Assembly (NCBI GenBank): GCA_002633005.1
Contig: NMRA01000050.1
Location: 154,959-193,422, forward strand
Direction: 5' to 3'
Origin: Phoronis australis
Taxonomy: Eukaryota; Animalia; Phoronida
Length of the DNA stretch: 38,464 bases
Positions 12,334-24,720 of this stretch are shown here, piece by piece. Numbering within the stretch: the first letter of the stretch is position 1; each line of letters opens with the position of its first letter. The translations under genes and the position numbers were made by a program. Below the pieces are notes generated by a model, which was given only the letters and a program-made list of their open reading frames with translations, did not search any database and had not been told where the DNA came from.

Positions 12334-12665
12334 TTAAAAGAAATGGCGAAATTTCAAGTTTTGGCACCAGTTCTTCTCTCTGCCACAAATCAAAGTCAGA
12401 ACAATAGTTTTTGTTGAATATTTTTTCATTTTTTTTGTAGAAATTGAAGAAAGAATTGTGTGTGACTTTGTACTTGGATCAGCAGATGGCACTGGAGCCC
12501 GGCACCTGGTTGTGGATGTGGTGCTTGCGATTAACTTCAGACACTCATTAATGCATTTGAAATGACAATTTAATGTTCATCAGCAACATTGTGACAGTGT
12601 ACTACAGTGCAATTAAAAACAACTGCCAAATATGCTTTTACAGGTACAACAACCCTCTCTCTGCC

Positions 12666-13047
12666 ATGGCCAGTGCATTCTTCCAAGCACCCTTAAATAA
12701 CCAAGAATCCCATAGTCTAAAACAAACCCTCTCTTTAAAATCTCACCCTGTGGGACAGTGTCAGCTGTGGACAGGTCCTGTAAGTAAGAAAGGATACGGT
12801 GTTCATTGTGTTAAACTTCGAGGGAAATATATCAGCGAGAGTACAAGCTCATCGCTTGTCTTATTACTTGCATGGCATGCCCCAGCGGCTGTCCCAGTCC
12901 CACCACGTCTCCCACCTCTGTCATAACCCTTCCTGTATAAAATTCTCTCACCTTTCTTATGAACACCCCAAAATTAACAACTCAAGGCAAATTTGTAAAA
13001 ATAAAATCATGCCTGCTGACTATGGTAATCCTATCAAGAGCTTTTAA
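12666..13047 (+). pseudogene. His-Me finger (zinc-binding loop, homing-endonuclease-like) nuclease, frameshifted
   Basis: CQLWTGPVSKKGYG, then after a frameshift near 12825, AHRLSY...VSHLCHNPSCIKFSHLSYEHPKINNSRQIC. This fits the His-Cys box pattern SHLCHN..C.NP.HL..E....N..R..C. Confidence 0.92.
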
Positions 13048-13093
13048 GTTCCGTTTATTTTTTCATTTGGTTATTGCTTTGACAAAAATACAG

Positions 13094-14939
13094 TTAGTAA
13101 CTACATGTAAGTCCGTAGCTGTGGTCAGTGGCACTAGTAGACGCTATGTTTTCCGTACTATAAACAGATTTGTCAAACAGATTCGTGTTGGCCATCCTCT
13201 CCCTTAGGTAGTACCTGGCCTTTTTGTACTCTTGGCTCAACTTTCTCTGGGCATGGTGGCGCTTTCTGGAGTCGACATTTCACAGCATTTTTCTCATGGC
13301 ACTGTTTTCAGGCACGGTTAGTCCTGATTCCTCGGCCAGCTTCACCGTGGATTTCCCTTGTCCCAGGGTTCTAGAGTGAATGGCTGAATGACACAGCCCC
13401 GTGAAGTTTCGAGTGTATCTTGATGTCTTTGTCGCATGTGCATAAGCTTCTGCATTCAAACTTTCACTGACGTTTGTGTTGAAAAGATAGTGTATATCTC
13501 TTAGCTGTTCCTGGTCAAAGTAGGGATTGATTTTTGTTTGAATCGTTTTCAAGTCCTTTTCACTCAGTTCTAGATGCCGGTCATAAGGCAAATGATATGG
13601 CTTGTTGTACAGTTGCTATGGTGTGCAATGCACACAGACGACAGCTCGCGACATTACTGGTGCTGTCCCGAAAAACAGCGAGTAACATTGTTCCCCGCAG
13701 CAGGTCCAACTTTCAAAAATTCATCTCTTTCGATGTTTCTGTTTTTTAGGTTGATGAGCTCTTTTCGCACTCTGGCTCGTACAGCAGATGAAAGTTTCCT
13801 CTTGTAACAAGTCTTGTTATGTGACCTGGGTAAACTTTTCGAGTCCGCTTCGTTAACGCTTTTTTCCATTCGCCTCAGTCTGTGAATGAAGCATTTGTAG
13901 TGTTTAGGTTTTTTCTTTTGGTACTGTAGAAATCACTTCTTGGTTGCTGACATCGGTCGTAATGCTCCTGATATTCAGGTCCACGCCGCTGATTTCCACT
14001 GCTCTGAGGCTGGCTTGTAACAGGGTGCGTTCACTTGATGCAATTGATTTCTCAGCTGGGTAGTTTTGGCTGCAGTGTTCATGCTTGCACCTGGGAATCC
14101 TGCAGTGTTTGTTAGCCGTGGCAAGGGCCAGTGGAAGTTTTAGGGTGGTTGTGTGCTCAACAAGTCCATTGAAGCTCTGCTTAGCTTTCTCGCAGCCACC
14201 CTGTGGCTAATTGGAGTAGGAAATGTCAAACTGAACGTCTGCAACACCTTCACCGCCAGCCACAGTGGTGACTTTTTTAACGTAGCGCTGGTTCTCAATC
14301 ATTTGTTCTTCGTTCAGTTGAGTTACTCTGTGGCTCATGGCATTCATTTTATTCTGCAGACTGCGATTGGATGGTGGCACAATATTCAAGCATGTCAGAA
14401 TGTTGATTACATCCTCAATTCCCACTTTTGACATTTGCACAGGCAATACAGCCTAGCTGTTCAAGGCTCTAGGTGGTGGCCTAGTCTTCTGCTACTTGGC
14501 ACAGTGGGCGATTTATATTTGCAAACTCTGCAGTGCAATGATGCATAGACACACAGTCCCAGTATCTTTTCAACAATTAGCTTTAGTTTTCCAAATTTGC
14601 ATGCAACCTGATGCACATGTCCCACCAGGCCTGTTAAGCGACGCACGTTAATGATGATATTCTCATCCAGTCCTTTGCTGTCATGAATTTTTCTTTCTTT
14701 TCAGTACTTGGCCTGAACCTGTAAGCTGTCGCAGCAGCATCACTGTCAATTAGGTAGGTGACATCCTCAGCTTCGAAATGTGAGAGACGCTCAGCCGTGC
14801 AATCGTCTATTGCTGCCTTGGGCTGCCTTGGTATGCTGCAGCTGCAGTAGTCCATATTGGAGTGCCTGTGTCCTTTTTTAAATTGGCATTTTATTCTCCC
14901 TCTGCTCCTAGTGAAACAACGTGGCTTTTCAGGATACAT
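13094..14939 (-). pseudogene. DDE transposase (Kolobok / Mutator-like fold), disrupted by stops and frameshifts
   Basis: Contiguous fragments: N-terminal QFKKGH, zinc-finger HCRVCKY, VQFDISYSN (D at 14225-14227), RSITTDVS (D at 13952-13954), YKCFIH (CxxH), NTNVSESLN (E at 13463-13465), RNFTGLCHSAIH, C-terminal DHSY, stop at 13094. Confidence 0.88.
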
Positions 14940-15553
14940 TGTGTGTGCTCATCACTCAAAGCTTGTTCTCATGACTTTTGTAGTTATGCAAATCGATTCT
15001 AATAAATATGTCCCCTATACACAAGGGGCCTTGATGAGAACATGTTCCACTTGTGGGGTTAGGAAATTAACTTAAATTAAACTTTTATTGTTATATCAAT
15101 GTGCTAATTTATCAATTTTCCCCAATTCCCTCAATCAAAAGTCTGTTTAGTACAAAGTAGGGCAAGAAATTGCACTTGATGGCTTTGTCTAGCTGTGAAA
15201 TGGCCCTAGTTCAAAAATCCCAGTTTTTGGGTGGGCACATGCAATCGGCTTGAAAAATCAAAAACGGTCATCGCTTCACGTTTTTACTTTGCAAAATAGG
15301 TCAGCAGGTGGAGAGGAACTATTCTGAACAAAATTTGGAAAATGTGGCACTGAATAGTTAGGCTGCGGCCGCGGCCAATTTGCACTGCCAAAACATTAAA
15401 ATTTTGGGGTAGGCCAAGTTTGGGGGCATTTTGTAGGTGGGCATTGCACGTAGGCTCAGTGAATGTAGTTTGTTTGCATTTGTGAAAATGCTGAGAAAAA
15501 AGCCACTTTCTCGGCTGTAGCTGCACTCTTTTTCAAGATAGCGGCCCCGGGTG

Positions 15554-15991
15554 CAATTGTGCATTGCTGGGTAGCGACTGAGAAATTGGCTGCGATTTTA
15601 GGTATCCCTCAAACAAGCCAGAATTGCCAAAAAACTAGAAGTTTGACAGTACTTTTGGACCCCATTTTAGGAATTTGTAGGAAATTTGCTTTCAGAATCT
15701 ATTGTTGGTTTTAGTCGTGCATCGGTAGGGAAGTGGTGTTTTTGGGGGTGAAAAGTGCCGATTTTGCACTTTTTGGCCCTATTTTCTTAGTAATTAGCTT
15801 GGTTTTCAGTGGGATTGAAATGGTCAAAAATACAAGAGAGAATAAAGTTTCTGCGCTCATCTGCAGGGCCTTTTATTTGAAATAACTGCAAACATGTCAT
15901 TCTTTGCATCTTATTTTTGACAGAGTGAAGAAAAGGTGACAAATCAAGCGATGTGGGTTTTGCCCAGCAGTGAGAACTGTTCTGTGCCTCC
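15554..15991. repeat. Long terminal direct repeat, copy 2
   Basis: Same-orientation match to 11901-12333. It may extend further left, where copy 1 has no counterpart. Confidence 0.95.
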
Positions 15992-18009
15992 TCAGGAACT
16001 TGTCTTGAACATTTTCATTTTTTCCTTGTAACTGAATGTGCTCTCGCTTGCTCGAAGTTTTCATTATTTTGTTATATTAGTAATATATCGTGATTCGTTT
16101 GTGTATGTGTCGTGTATTTATAGTTTGTAGTTAGTGTTCGTTGAATTTCTTTGGAATATTACGCGTACTTATTATGTTAAAATAGCATTGGTGTTTATTT
16201 CCTTACGTAGGGCGGTCGAACCTAGGAACCAATATGAGTCGAACCAATTTTTTCTTTCTCGTTTTGAAAAAGTGCTTTGCTATCATTGGAAAGTCAGTGC
16301 ATCCTACTAAGTAAAAATCGAAAAAGTATCAAAATCAGGGCAAGTACTGTAAAGTTAATGTAAATTTTGTGGAGAAATTTGGGTCACTTTGTTTGGATCG
16401 CGTCGGCTATATTGGAGGACAGCGGTATAAGTTACGAGTTTAAAACTTTGTGTAAATTGTTTTTGCCAACAATTTACGGTGAAATTTAGTGAGACATATC
16501 TTTACTTACTGCACGATTCAACAGTGTTCACCAAAGTTCAGCCTCGCAGTTGTTACTCATTAGGTGATAAATGTGCCCACAATTCCCGTTGGACTTCGTC
16601 TCATTTCTGGCGGCATCGACAACATGGCGACTTTTGCTGAACTGTAAGGGATGTTCAACCTGTTACTTTGTAATTTGTGAAGATTTAACGTTGATACATT
16701 TTGACAAACGTTGCTACAAAAAAGAAACTTTGTTCAATTTTTGTGTTTTTGTGCAAAAATATGAGATAATTCGAATTATTTTACTGTGAATTTCCCATTC
16801 AGGTGATCTTACACTAAGCTAAAAAAAATTGAAATAATTTTGAAATGTTTTTTGTTTGATCATCAACTGCTGTTCAAGGCTTGATTAGGTGTCACAAAAT
16901 GATTCATATTTTTCTAAATTTTAAGTCTCAATTGCTTTCAAGTCATGTTTTGTAACTTATTGCTTCTTAATTCAGGTTATCAAGTCAACAATATGAAAAA
17001 TCTTAATTTGACAAATATGCCACATGTATGTTGGATTGTGAAGCTTCAAGCCTCCAATTCTTGTTCCTTCCAACTTCATATTTTTTTAATCATGCTTGTC
17101 AAATTCTGCTGTAAGGAAACACTATTCGGTCACCATGGTAATAGTTACATGTATGTCCATTTTAATATCGTGGAAACTTTTGCTGTTGAATAGTGTTTGT
17201 AATGCTAAATGTTGTAAAGTATTGTGCATTTTAAGTTACTTATTATGTTAAGAGGTTGAATCATTTTGGCTTAATGAATAAATGTGATAACATTTTGTAT
17301 TAGACTTGTCATACTTATGTGCTCGAACGAGCCCCCTATTTGGAGAAATAGAAAAAGGTCAGCCTCAGTCAGAGAAGCACGAACTCCGAAAAAAGTAGAA
17401 AACGAGACGATATTCCATTAGAAGACAAGAAGTGTCAAAATTTAGCGTCTGCAATTCATAACTCTGAACATACCCAGTGAATCTTATTGTAAAAGATAGA
17501 CATTCCCAAAAATTCCAGCCCCCCATTTTTTGAAGCTTGGTGCGCTCACACAAAGTCTGGGAAAATCTCTGTTGAAAGTCAACACCTTTGCACAGTTTGC
17601 CAGAAGTAAACGAGTTCTAAATAAACCTCGTTTGAGCGAGCGCTGTGGCCAGCGACCAGGTGGGCCTAAGGGTAGCCTTGGCCCATTGGCCATATTTCAT
17701 CAGCAAACTCAATAAAATTGTATTTCGATTTTATTACAATCAAGTTGCGCTGTCCATTATTTTATTCCCGTTTGCAGGCGGGTAACAGGCACTCGTCCAT
17801 TCACACAGACGGTGTTTTCTTAGCCTGGGTTCCTGAACGAATTGAACTTCTGAGTTCGCGGCAAGTTCAAAAGGGGGGTGGTTCTTCGGGTGCGAATTGT
17901 GAGTGGGGCATTCATTTAAACTTTTTTCGAATACGGATCGTGTATTAGTTATGGGGATCCTTATAACATCCTGTAACCATGTAATAAGGGTTAATAACGC
18001 GTGAGACCA

Positions 18010-18445
18010 GGACTTTAAACGGACAATATTATCGCACAAATGACCCATGACAGACAAATTGCAATCTGGAATGGATCCGGCAGAAACCGAAAAGAACCCC
18101 CCGCCCCCTGAAATGAGCTAGCTCATACACATGAACAGTCGAGGTACCACAAACACAATTAAATGTGATTCAATACGAGTCAATGATCACTAAGTGCCCC
18201 ATGACAGACGAAATACACTCTGGGTTGTGCCCGCCAGAAACCCCCAAAATTTTCAACCACCGTATGCCATTGAAAAATTGAGCTAGATTAGGTACAATGT
18301 ATATACGAGGCACTAGCTAAAACTGATTTAAAACGGACCATAGTACCGCACTGAAAACCAAGTGACCCATGACAGACAAGTTGCATTCTAGAAAGGGTCT
18401 GCCAGAAACCTAAAATGACCCCCCCCCCCCAAATAAGCTAATTAT
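18010..18445. repeat. Degenerate tandem repeat, ~3 units of ~155-170 bp
   Basis: The core catgacagac...(c/g)cagaaacc recurs at 18046, 18200 and 18368, each followed by a C-rich tract and gagcta/aagcta. Confidence 0.85.
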
Positions 18446-19394
18446 TACACCGATTTATGTAAAGTGCAGAACGGTGTTGCTCAACATCTGTGTTCCGCGG
18501 GGCAAGACAAACATATGCATTAGCTGCATGGCCCTTGAATGGGTGACATTTGTGTAACAAAGGGATTAAAAATACTTCGTTATGGTCCTAACACTGCAAT
18601 ATTTTCCCACCGCCGAGATTGAGCTCATAGACTACTAGGCCATAGTCCATTCGACTCTAGGAAACCTAGAAAATCACTTCCGTGGTCACTTTTTGGGGGC
18701 AAGATAATTTTGGTGTTTTTATGGTCATTAAGTACTATCATACTTTAAGAATGTAAAAAGTTCCGAAGGTTTGATTTTCACGTTTACGAGAAATTTGACC
18801 TCAAAAATCTGACTTTTTGCATAATTGGCTAAGAAAACCAATCTTCAAAAACCAACAACACAAGCTAAAAACTGAATGATAATTTGATTGGGATTTGTTC
18901 ATTTGATGTTACTGGACAAGAAAAGTGATATATATTATGATATTTGTTGGAAATTTGCTCAAAAAAGAGATAAAGAAATATTTTAGCAGCGCCTCCTGTT
19001 AGCCAGAAAACATACCTCTACATTCTGATCTGCCAAAAAAACAAATACTGTCAAACATTTTGATGGAACTTGATGAAGATTTGATATCACAACCTACATA
19101 TGAACAATCTACATTTCCAAATCCTCTGAAACAAATTCACTGCCATCATATTGATTAATTGTCACAATTAATTATCATTTTCCACATTGCTGTTCACTGT
19201 CAACTGTCACAGGGAACGATACATCCAACAGTCCCCACAGTCTTCAGCATGTTGTAAGTATTTTCCATTAGGTTGAAAATTTAAAGTTCTTTAACAACAT
19301 AGCATACACTTATTGTGTTTTTTCATCCACTCCATCATCATTTATATCACCATTATTGCCGCCAAAAGCTGATTTTTTTGACTGAGACACCGTG

Positions 19395-19790
19395 TTCACA
19401 AAGTCTGGACAGTCAAACAACTTAGAACATGGCATGCCTGACTTCAAACAAGAACACATTTTTTACTACAACCACTTCTTTTACACTTGCCATTAAGATT
19501 TTTCGTGGCATTTTCTGGGGCTAATGGCAGAGCCATCCAGTGGAACTTCAGAATAACCTGCTCCAAAAGCCACCCATTACCAACTGGAGATGGTGCACTG
19601 ACATGCTGTTGCAAGACTCGTTTGTGAATGACACACTGATAGTTTGATCTTTTAGCGTGTAACAGCAAACGATCATGAGGAGGAGGCAGATCACAGATTT
19701 CAACCTGAATATGTGGTAGCGTGCTTTGTTAACTGTTGATGACTCGCGGTACAGCTCGTCTACAAACGGTTCAATGTCTTCCATGAGTTA
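19395..19790 (-). pseudogene. Academ-type protein C-terminus with Cys-rich (Cys8/CXC) finger
   Basis: IEPFVDELY..VNKARYHIF, LLHAKRSNYQ..PSPVGNGW...W..PLAP..KCKRSGCSKK, then after a frameshift CSCLKSGMPCSKLFDCPDFVN. Confidence 0.8.
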
Positions 19791-20916
19791 ACAAGGAAAC
19801 TAAAATTTTGAGCCCAACTTTAATGGCAAAGACAAAGTTAGAAAAATCTCTTCAAGCCTGCATTCTACCCAAAATAAAAAAAAGTTTTGGTAACCTGAAT
19901 ACCGTTTCATCTAAACACCTTGTTACAGTAATCCTATTGAATTGAAATACATGTAGATAACCAAAATGCTCTTCGCTTTAGCAGACAGTACGGCCAACAA
20001 CTGAAATTTCATTTTATCAAAGTGCTCAGCGAAAATAAGCATTAAGAGAAATGAACATCATTATTAGCATTGATTGCACTGTGCAGCTGCCTTCAAACAA
20101 TTTAAAACATAGAAACATTTTTATCATCCTTAATACAGAAGTTCAGCCTTTGAAAAATAGAGGAATGGTCATATTGGCAATAGTTTTAGCGTCTTCTTTA
20201 CAGTAGAGCTAAAATTTCTTTTGACTTCCTGTTTTAAAATGCACATAATTGGAAGATTAAATATTTTCTTCGATAAAAATTCCCATTCAATAATCTTCAA
20301 AACGTGAGATACTGAAATCTGCGCAACACTTGAATTTTCAAAATAAAGGAATTACAGAACACAGGAAATATGTCCAATTTTATATTTCTCAAATTCTAAG
20401 CACTGCTCATGACTTTACATTAAAGGGTCTAAAAATAGGCTTAGAAATTCATAAAAGCACTGCTGATTTCTCGCATGTAGGTAAAAACTACTGCCAGTAC
20501 ATTTGGGATTGAGACGAGTATTATTACAAATTTATCAAGCAAAATAGTTTTTGGGATGTGACCTAAACTAAAGATCATTTACCATAAATGATACCTTTTC
20601 AAATTAAGCATAGGTAGACCTTTTTACAAATGAATCTTTGGAACTGGGATAGATTTTCAACTTTTCTTTTGTTTTTGAAGTTCTCCTGTGATGAAATTTG
20701 ATTTGTGGCAAATGGTGCATTATGGTGGCAAGACATATACGGTATATTTCTTTGAGCACTGTTAAATTTACATGTAACTGACAGTGACAATCTCCTTAAT
20801 TTTCTCTTGGGCTCAACATTATTTCCATCATCAGTTTGGTCTCTTTTTCTTTTTTAAAAGCTCTTTGAATTTTTGTTACATCCGTTAAATGTCTGTAACA
20901 CTGTCTGTGATAGAAG

Positions 20917-21153
20917 CATGCGCGCACCAAGCCTAAAAATGGGGGGCTCGAGTGGACATTTATTAAAAGTCACGGGGTACTTCAGATCTACGAATTGTGT
21001 GTTCGTCGATTTTTTGTAGTACATGTACCTGCCTTTTTAGTGAACTTTTGTTTCGTTTTCTACTTTTTCGAAGTTTTTGTTTCACCGAGGCGGACATTTT
21101 TACTCACTTTACCAAGCCCCTGAGACTCCCACCCCTCAGTGGGTATGCGCATG
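20917..21153. mobile_element. Small MITE nested in the Academ-like element
   Basis: Imperfect TIRs catgcgcgcacc / ggtatgcgcatg. The left end resembles 4851-4887 (catgcgcacacccaacctaaatatagggggggctag). No clear TSD. Confidence 0.6.
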
Positions 21154-24100
21154 ACAACAGTTCTGTTTTTTTCACAAAAAAATTAAAAACTTATCAGCAA
21201 TGATACTTCTCCTGCAGTCAATGTTGATACATTGGTTTGCAGTGGCCTTAGACCAGGTACATGTAATATCTGAAAATTCCCGCTCAGAGATTTGAGCGGA
21301 ACCTGACACATGAATGCAGCAAGGGGCAGATATCTTGTCACTCTATTGTGAAGTCGCACACTCGTTCAATAATTCATGGTTTCAGCAGAGTCCTAGCTGT
21401 CCAAAAACTGTTCTTTGCGAAACACAAAATGATTCAGGAATGTGCCAAGAATTGTTTCATTCAGTATGATGACACTCGTGGCCACTTAACTTGGCTTTCC
21501 TCGATTCCTAAGTGCTGCCTGCTGGTTTTTTAGCCTTGGCCCTTGGTAATAACCTATTACTTGTACACCCATCCAAGAATTAAAACTATCCATTGTGGTC
21601 AGTAGCAGTAAACAAGCCACCTAAGAAAGCAGGAAAACATCTGACTGTCCTCTGATGATATTTTCATGCCAAGCAGACGACTTTCGAAGGGGAAAGGCAT
21701 TGACAAAATATTTTTCTAGCATTTGATTGGCTGTTCGGATCATTTTGCACTGACACTTGGTGGCTAACAGATTAGTTGAGGTTATATTTTTTCAACATTT
21801 GAATTAAAATTCTTACTAAATGCGCAAGTGTATTCTTGGGAACTTTTTTTGAAATTGACTTTTGAACATCTGTAGATGGGTTTAAAGCAAAGATCCCGTT
21901 GCCCCCAGAAAGTGGTCACGGAGGTGAAAGATAGGAAAGCTGGGACTATGGCCTATACACTTCACTACACTCCATTCCCCACGTTTGCGTTTTCAATCGC
22001 GGAATGTTTCTACTTAGACGACCGAGGCATATAATGAAAGTTTTTGTGACGTTCTAAAATATATGTTCCTGAATAATTCACAATCAACATCAATTTAGCA
22101 AGTGATTATTTTCCCGGCGAAGTGTCACGGTAACTGCAGGGGAATTACTTCGCTGGTTAATTGTCGTGTCCGGGCAAAATCAAACACAGTTGCGCGTTAT
22201 TGCAATTCAGATGTGGAGCTCACTGTTTTGTGATAAAACCTGTTTGTGTTTGTTAAAACGTCGCCGTGTGTGGATCTTCTTTCTCTAGTTTATATTTTAA
22301 CCACCAGTAAAGCCGGTTCCGATTTGCTGCCAAGTAGTCTAAAATGTGCCCACACGTCCGGGTAGTCACACGGTAATTGCAAACTCCAGGCTGGTACTGT
22401 ACTTTGCATCAGTTTCACGACTTCGCGATAAGGATAAGACATTTGCTGATCTAAAAAGATTTTTCTTCTAATTTATTACATAAACAGGTATTGTTGCTGA
22501 AATTTGCCGAACATGTACCGGCCTCGCGATGAGTCAAGGCTGACCTCCGCGGAGTCATTGGTCGAGTGTTGGCTGTGGGAGATGCGTACTTCACAAACTT
22601 ATGATTATGCACTAAATACCATTCGTCACATGCAAAGAACAGATAAAATTTGGACAATAAAAAATAAAGTTTGCATAAAAAGAACGAGAATGCGAACCAA
22701 AAACAACCGTAAACAAAATTGCAACGCATTTGCGCTCATGGTAAAATCAATACGTTGTCAAGGACAACATGGCCGTCTTCCAGGAATTGTTCCTGAACTG
22801 AGAATAGTCGATGATTTTCTGATCTTTGCCGAGGCAAAGATACTCTATACCAAGATGGGCTTCTCAGTGTAAAAACACATTTAGAACAGCGCTACCTGTT
22901 GGCGGGAGACCTAGATGTATTCATAGACCCTCAAACCAGGTCTGAGCCTGCGGTGAAGACTTTAATTAACTGGAATAAAAACAAGTTTTTTAGATATAAA
23001 ACCAATTTTGAGGAATTTTCATTGTTAATTTAGTTGAGGAAAACGTAAGTTTTTTGATGTTTTGGCTAAGGCAATGATTATTGTTATGCCATTCGACTAG
23101 AAAAAAAGCAAATGCCATTCAATTGAATAACAACATTTTCCGGATCCCTTTGTAAGCATAGTGACACAACAGAAAACCAATTGTGAGGAAATAAAATTTA
23201 TCTTGTCTTGGATGTTTTTGCAATTATGATAATATTTAACTGTAATTCACTGAGTCTCTACCATGGCTGAGACTTAATTTGATGTTTAATAAATGTAATA
23301 ATAATGCATTTAATACTTTAGCATAGTATTTTACGATATATGGATTATTCATATAATTAATTTTGTGGATGAAAGACACGGAATAAGATAATTATGGATT
23401 AATAAATAATACTCACTGCATAAACAAAAATAGAGTAATAATAAATAAGAGCATGTCGATCAGTATCATTGTTTATTCTAACTTTGTACATCATTAACGC
23501 CTTTGATAAATTGTATGAAATCGAAATTCCATATTTAATATACATTATGCAATACTTGTCAATACATAAACTAGTAAAGATGTATCAGCCATGAAACCTA
23601 GCACTTCCACAGTACTAATGTTCTAGAACTGCTGCAGTATAAATGATAATAAGTTTGATTTTGCCAACATACCAATAGTTGCCGCGGATAATATATGTGG
23701 TTCGAGGGAACAAACACCCCATCCGGTAAAATAAAAATGATACCAAGTAAGGTTCCCCACTTTTATTCTCTATAACTAAGTCTACTTCAGACTAATCAAC
23801 TAATTTCCATTAATACCATTGCATAAGAAGTCAATGACATCAATACAACTCCCTGGGCATTAACCTCAAACTGAATCTCGGGATAAATGCTAATCCCCAA
23901 AGTTTTCAAAAATATATAGTTGAACAGGTTCACGCTAGCACTTGATTTTCAAGTTTTGCAATTTAAACATGGCCTGCTTGGGGGTTTTCAGGGAATAATA
24001 GAATAGTTTAGCAAATGTTATTATTATTTCAAAGTGAGTTCTGCCAGACAAAAATGAGACCAATTTCCACAAATAGTTATGAAAGACACACACATTCTGA

Positions 24101-24720
24101 TAGGTTGTGGACTATAGCAAATACAGATAATAGGAAACAAGGTGTCTGGATACAGCAGGATGCGTTAAAGAATAAAGTTCCTTTGTAAATATAATGTTCC
24201 AAGGAAGGGACTGTGTAGAATTTGGCCAAACAATCCCTGTATAGGATATTCTTCAGCAAGATAGCCTGAGGTAGACGTATCTTGTGATAATGCAGAGTAG
24301 TGTCTGGGACCTTCATAATAACTCATCAGATCAGAATGATAACAACAAAATACCGTTTCTTACTTTAGCTGATTGGTACATTGTTCGTCTTCGCAGTGGC
24401 GACTATACAATCGGAAGCTATGTAGCTCTTCTACAGATTGTCCTGCTAATTAACTATAATATCTTTGGCCGAGGTACAAAACTGTGCTCAAACTGGCTAT
24501 TTGTTTGATAAGAGAAAGGAGGTAAATATTACGTCATGTTAGATATTTTTCAATTTGGTATATATTTTTAAGTATTTGGACTACATTGCCCCTTGAGATA
24601 AGGACTTTAATGAGTATGCCACATGTGACTTCAGCACCCCTCTCAAGAGAAATCAGGACATTTATGAGTTTACCATAAGTGACTCCCGCATCCCTCTCAA
24701 GAGAAACCCCTTCATGAACA

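Larger units (their letters stand above)
11901..15991 (-). mobile_element. KolobokP-like DNA transposon with long terminal direct repeats (DDE transposase + His-Me finger nuclease)
   Basis: Direct repeats at 11901-12333 and 15554-15991 enclose convergent DDE transposase and His-Me nuclease relics. TTAA (12334-12337) abuts a repeat end that starts GG on the minus strand, the Kolobok signature. The left boundary is uncertain. Confidence 0.85.
18636..21955 (-). mobile_element. AcademX-like DNA transposon, internally deleted and decayed
   Basis: TIRs begin TAGGCCATAGTCC at both ends, with a second block tcacttccgtggtcactttttgggggcaa / ttgcccccagaaagtggtcacggaggtga. 3-bp TSD tac at 18633-18635 and 21956-21958. 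Internal protein relics on the minus strand. Confidence 0.85.

Noticed and set aside
11901-15991. LTR retrotransposon interpretation of the direct repeats
   Set aside because: No TG...CA ends and no gag/RT/integrase; the interior encodes a DNA transposase and a His-Me nuclease.
21960-22958. Possible TIR element (cttcactaca / tgcggtgaag)
   Set aside because: The match is too short and there is no TSD.
24636-24710. Short direct repeat ccctctcaagagaaa x2
   Set aside because: Only two copies; a local duplication, not a CRISPR array.
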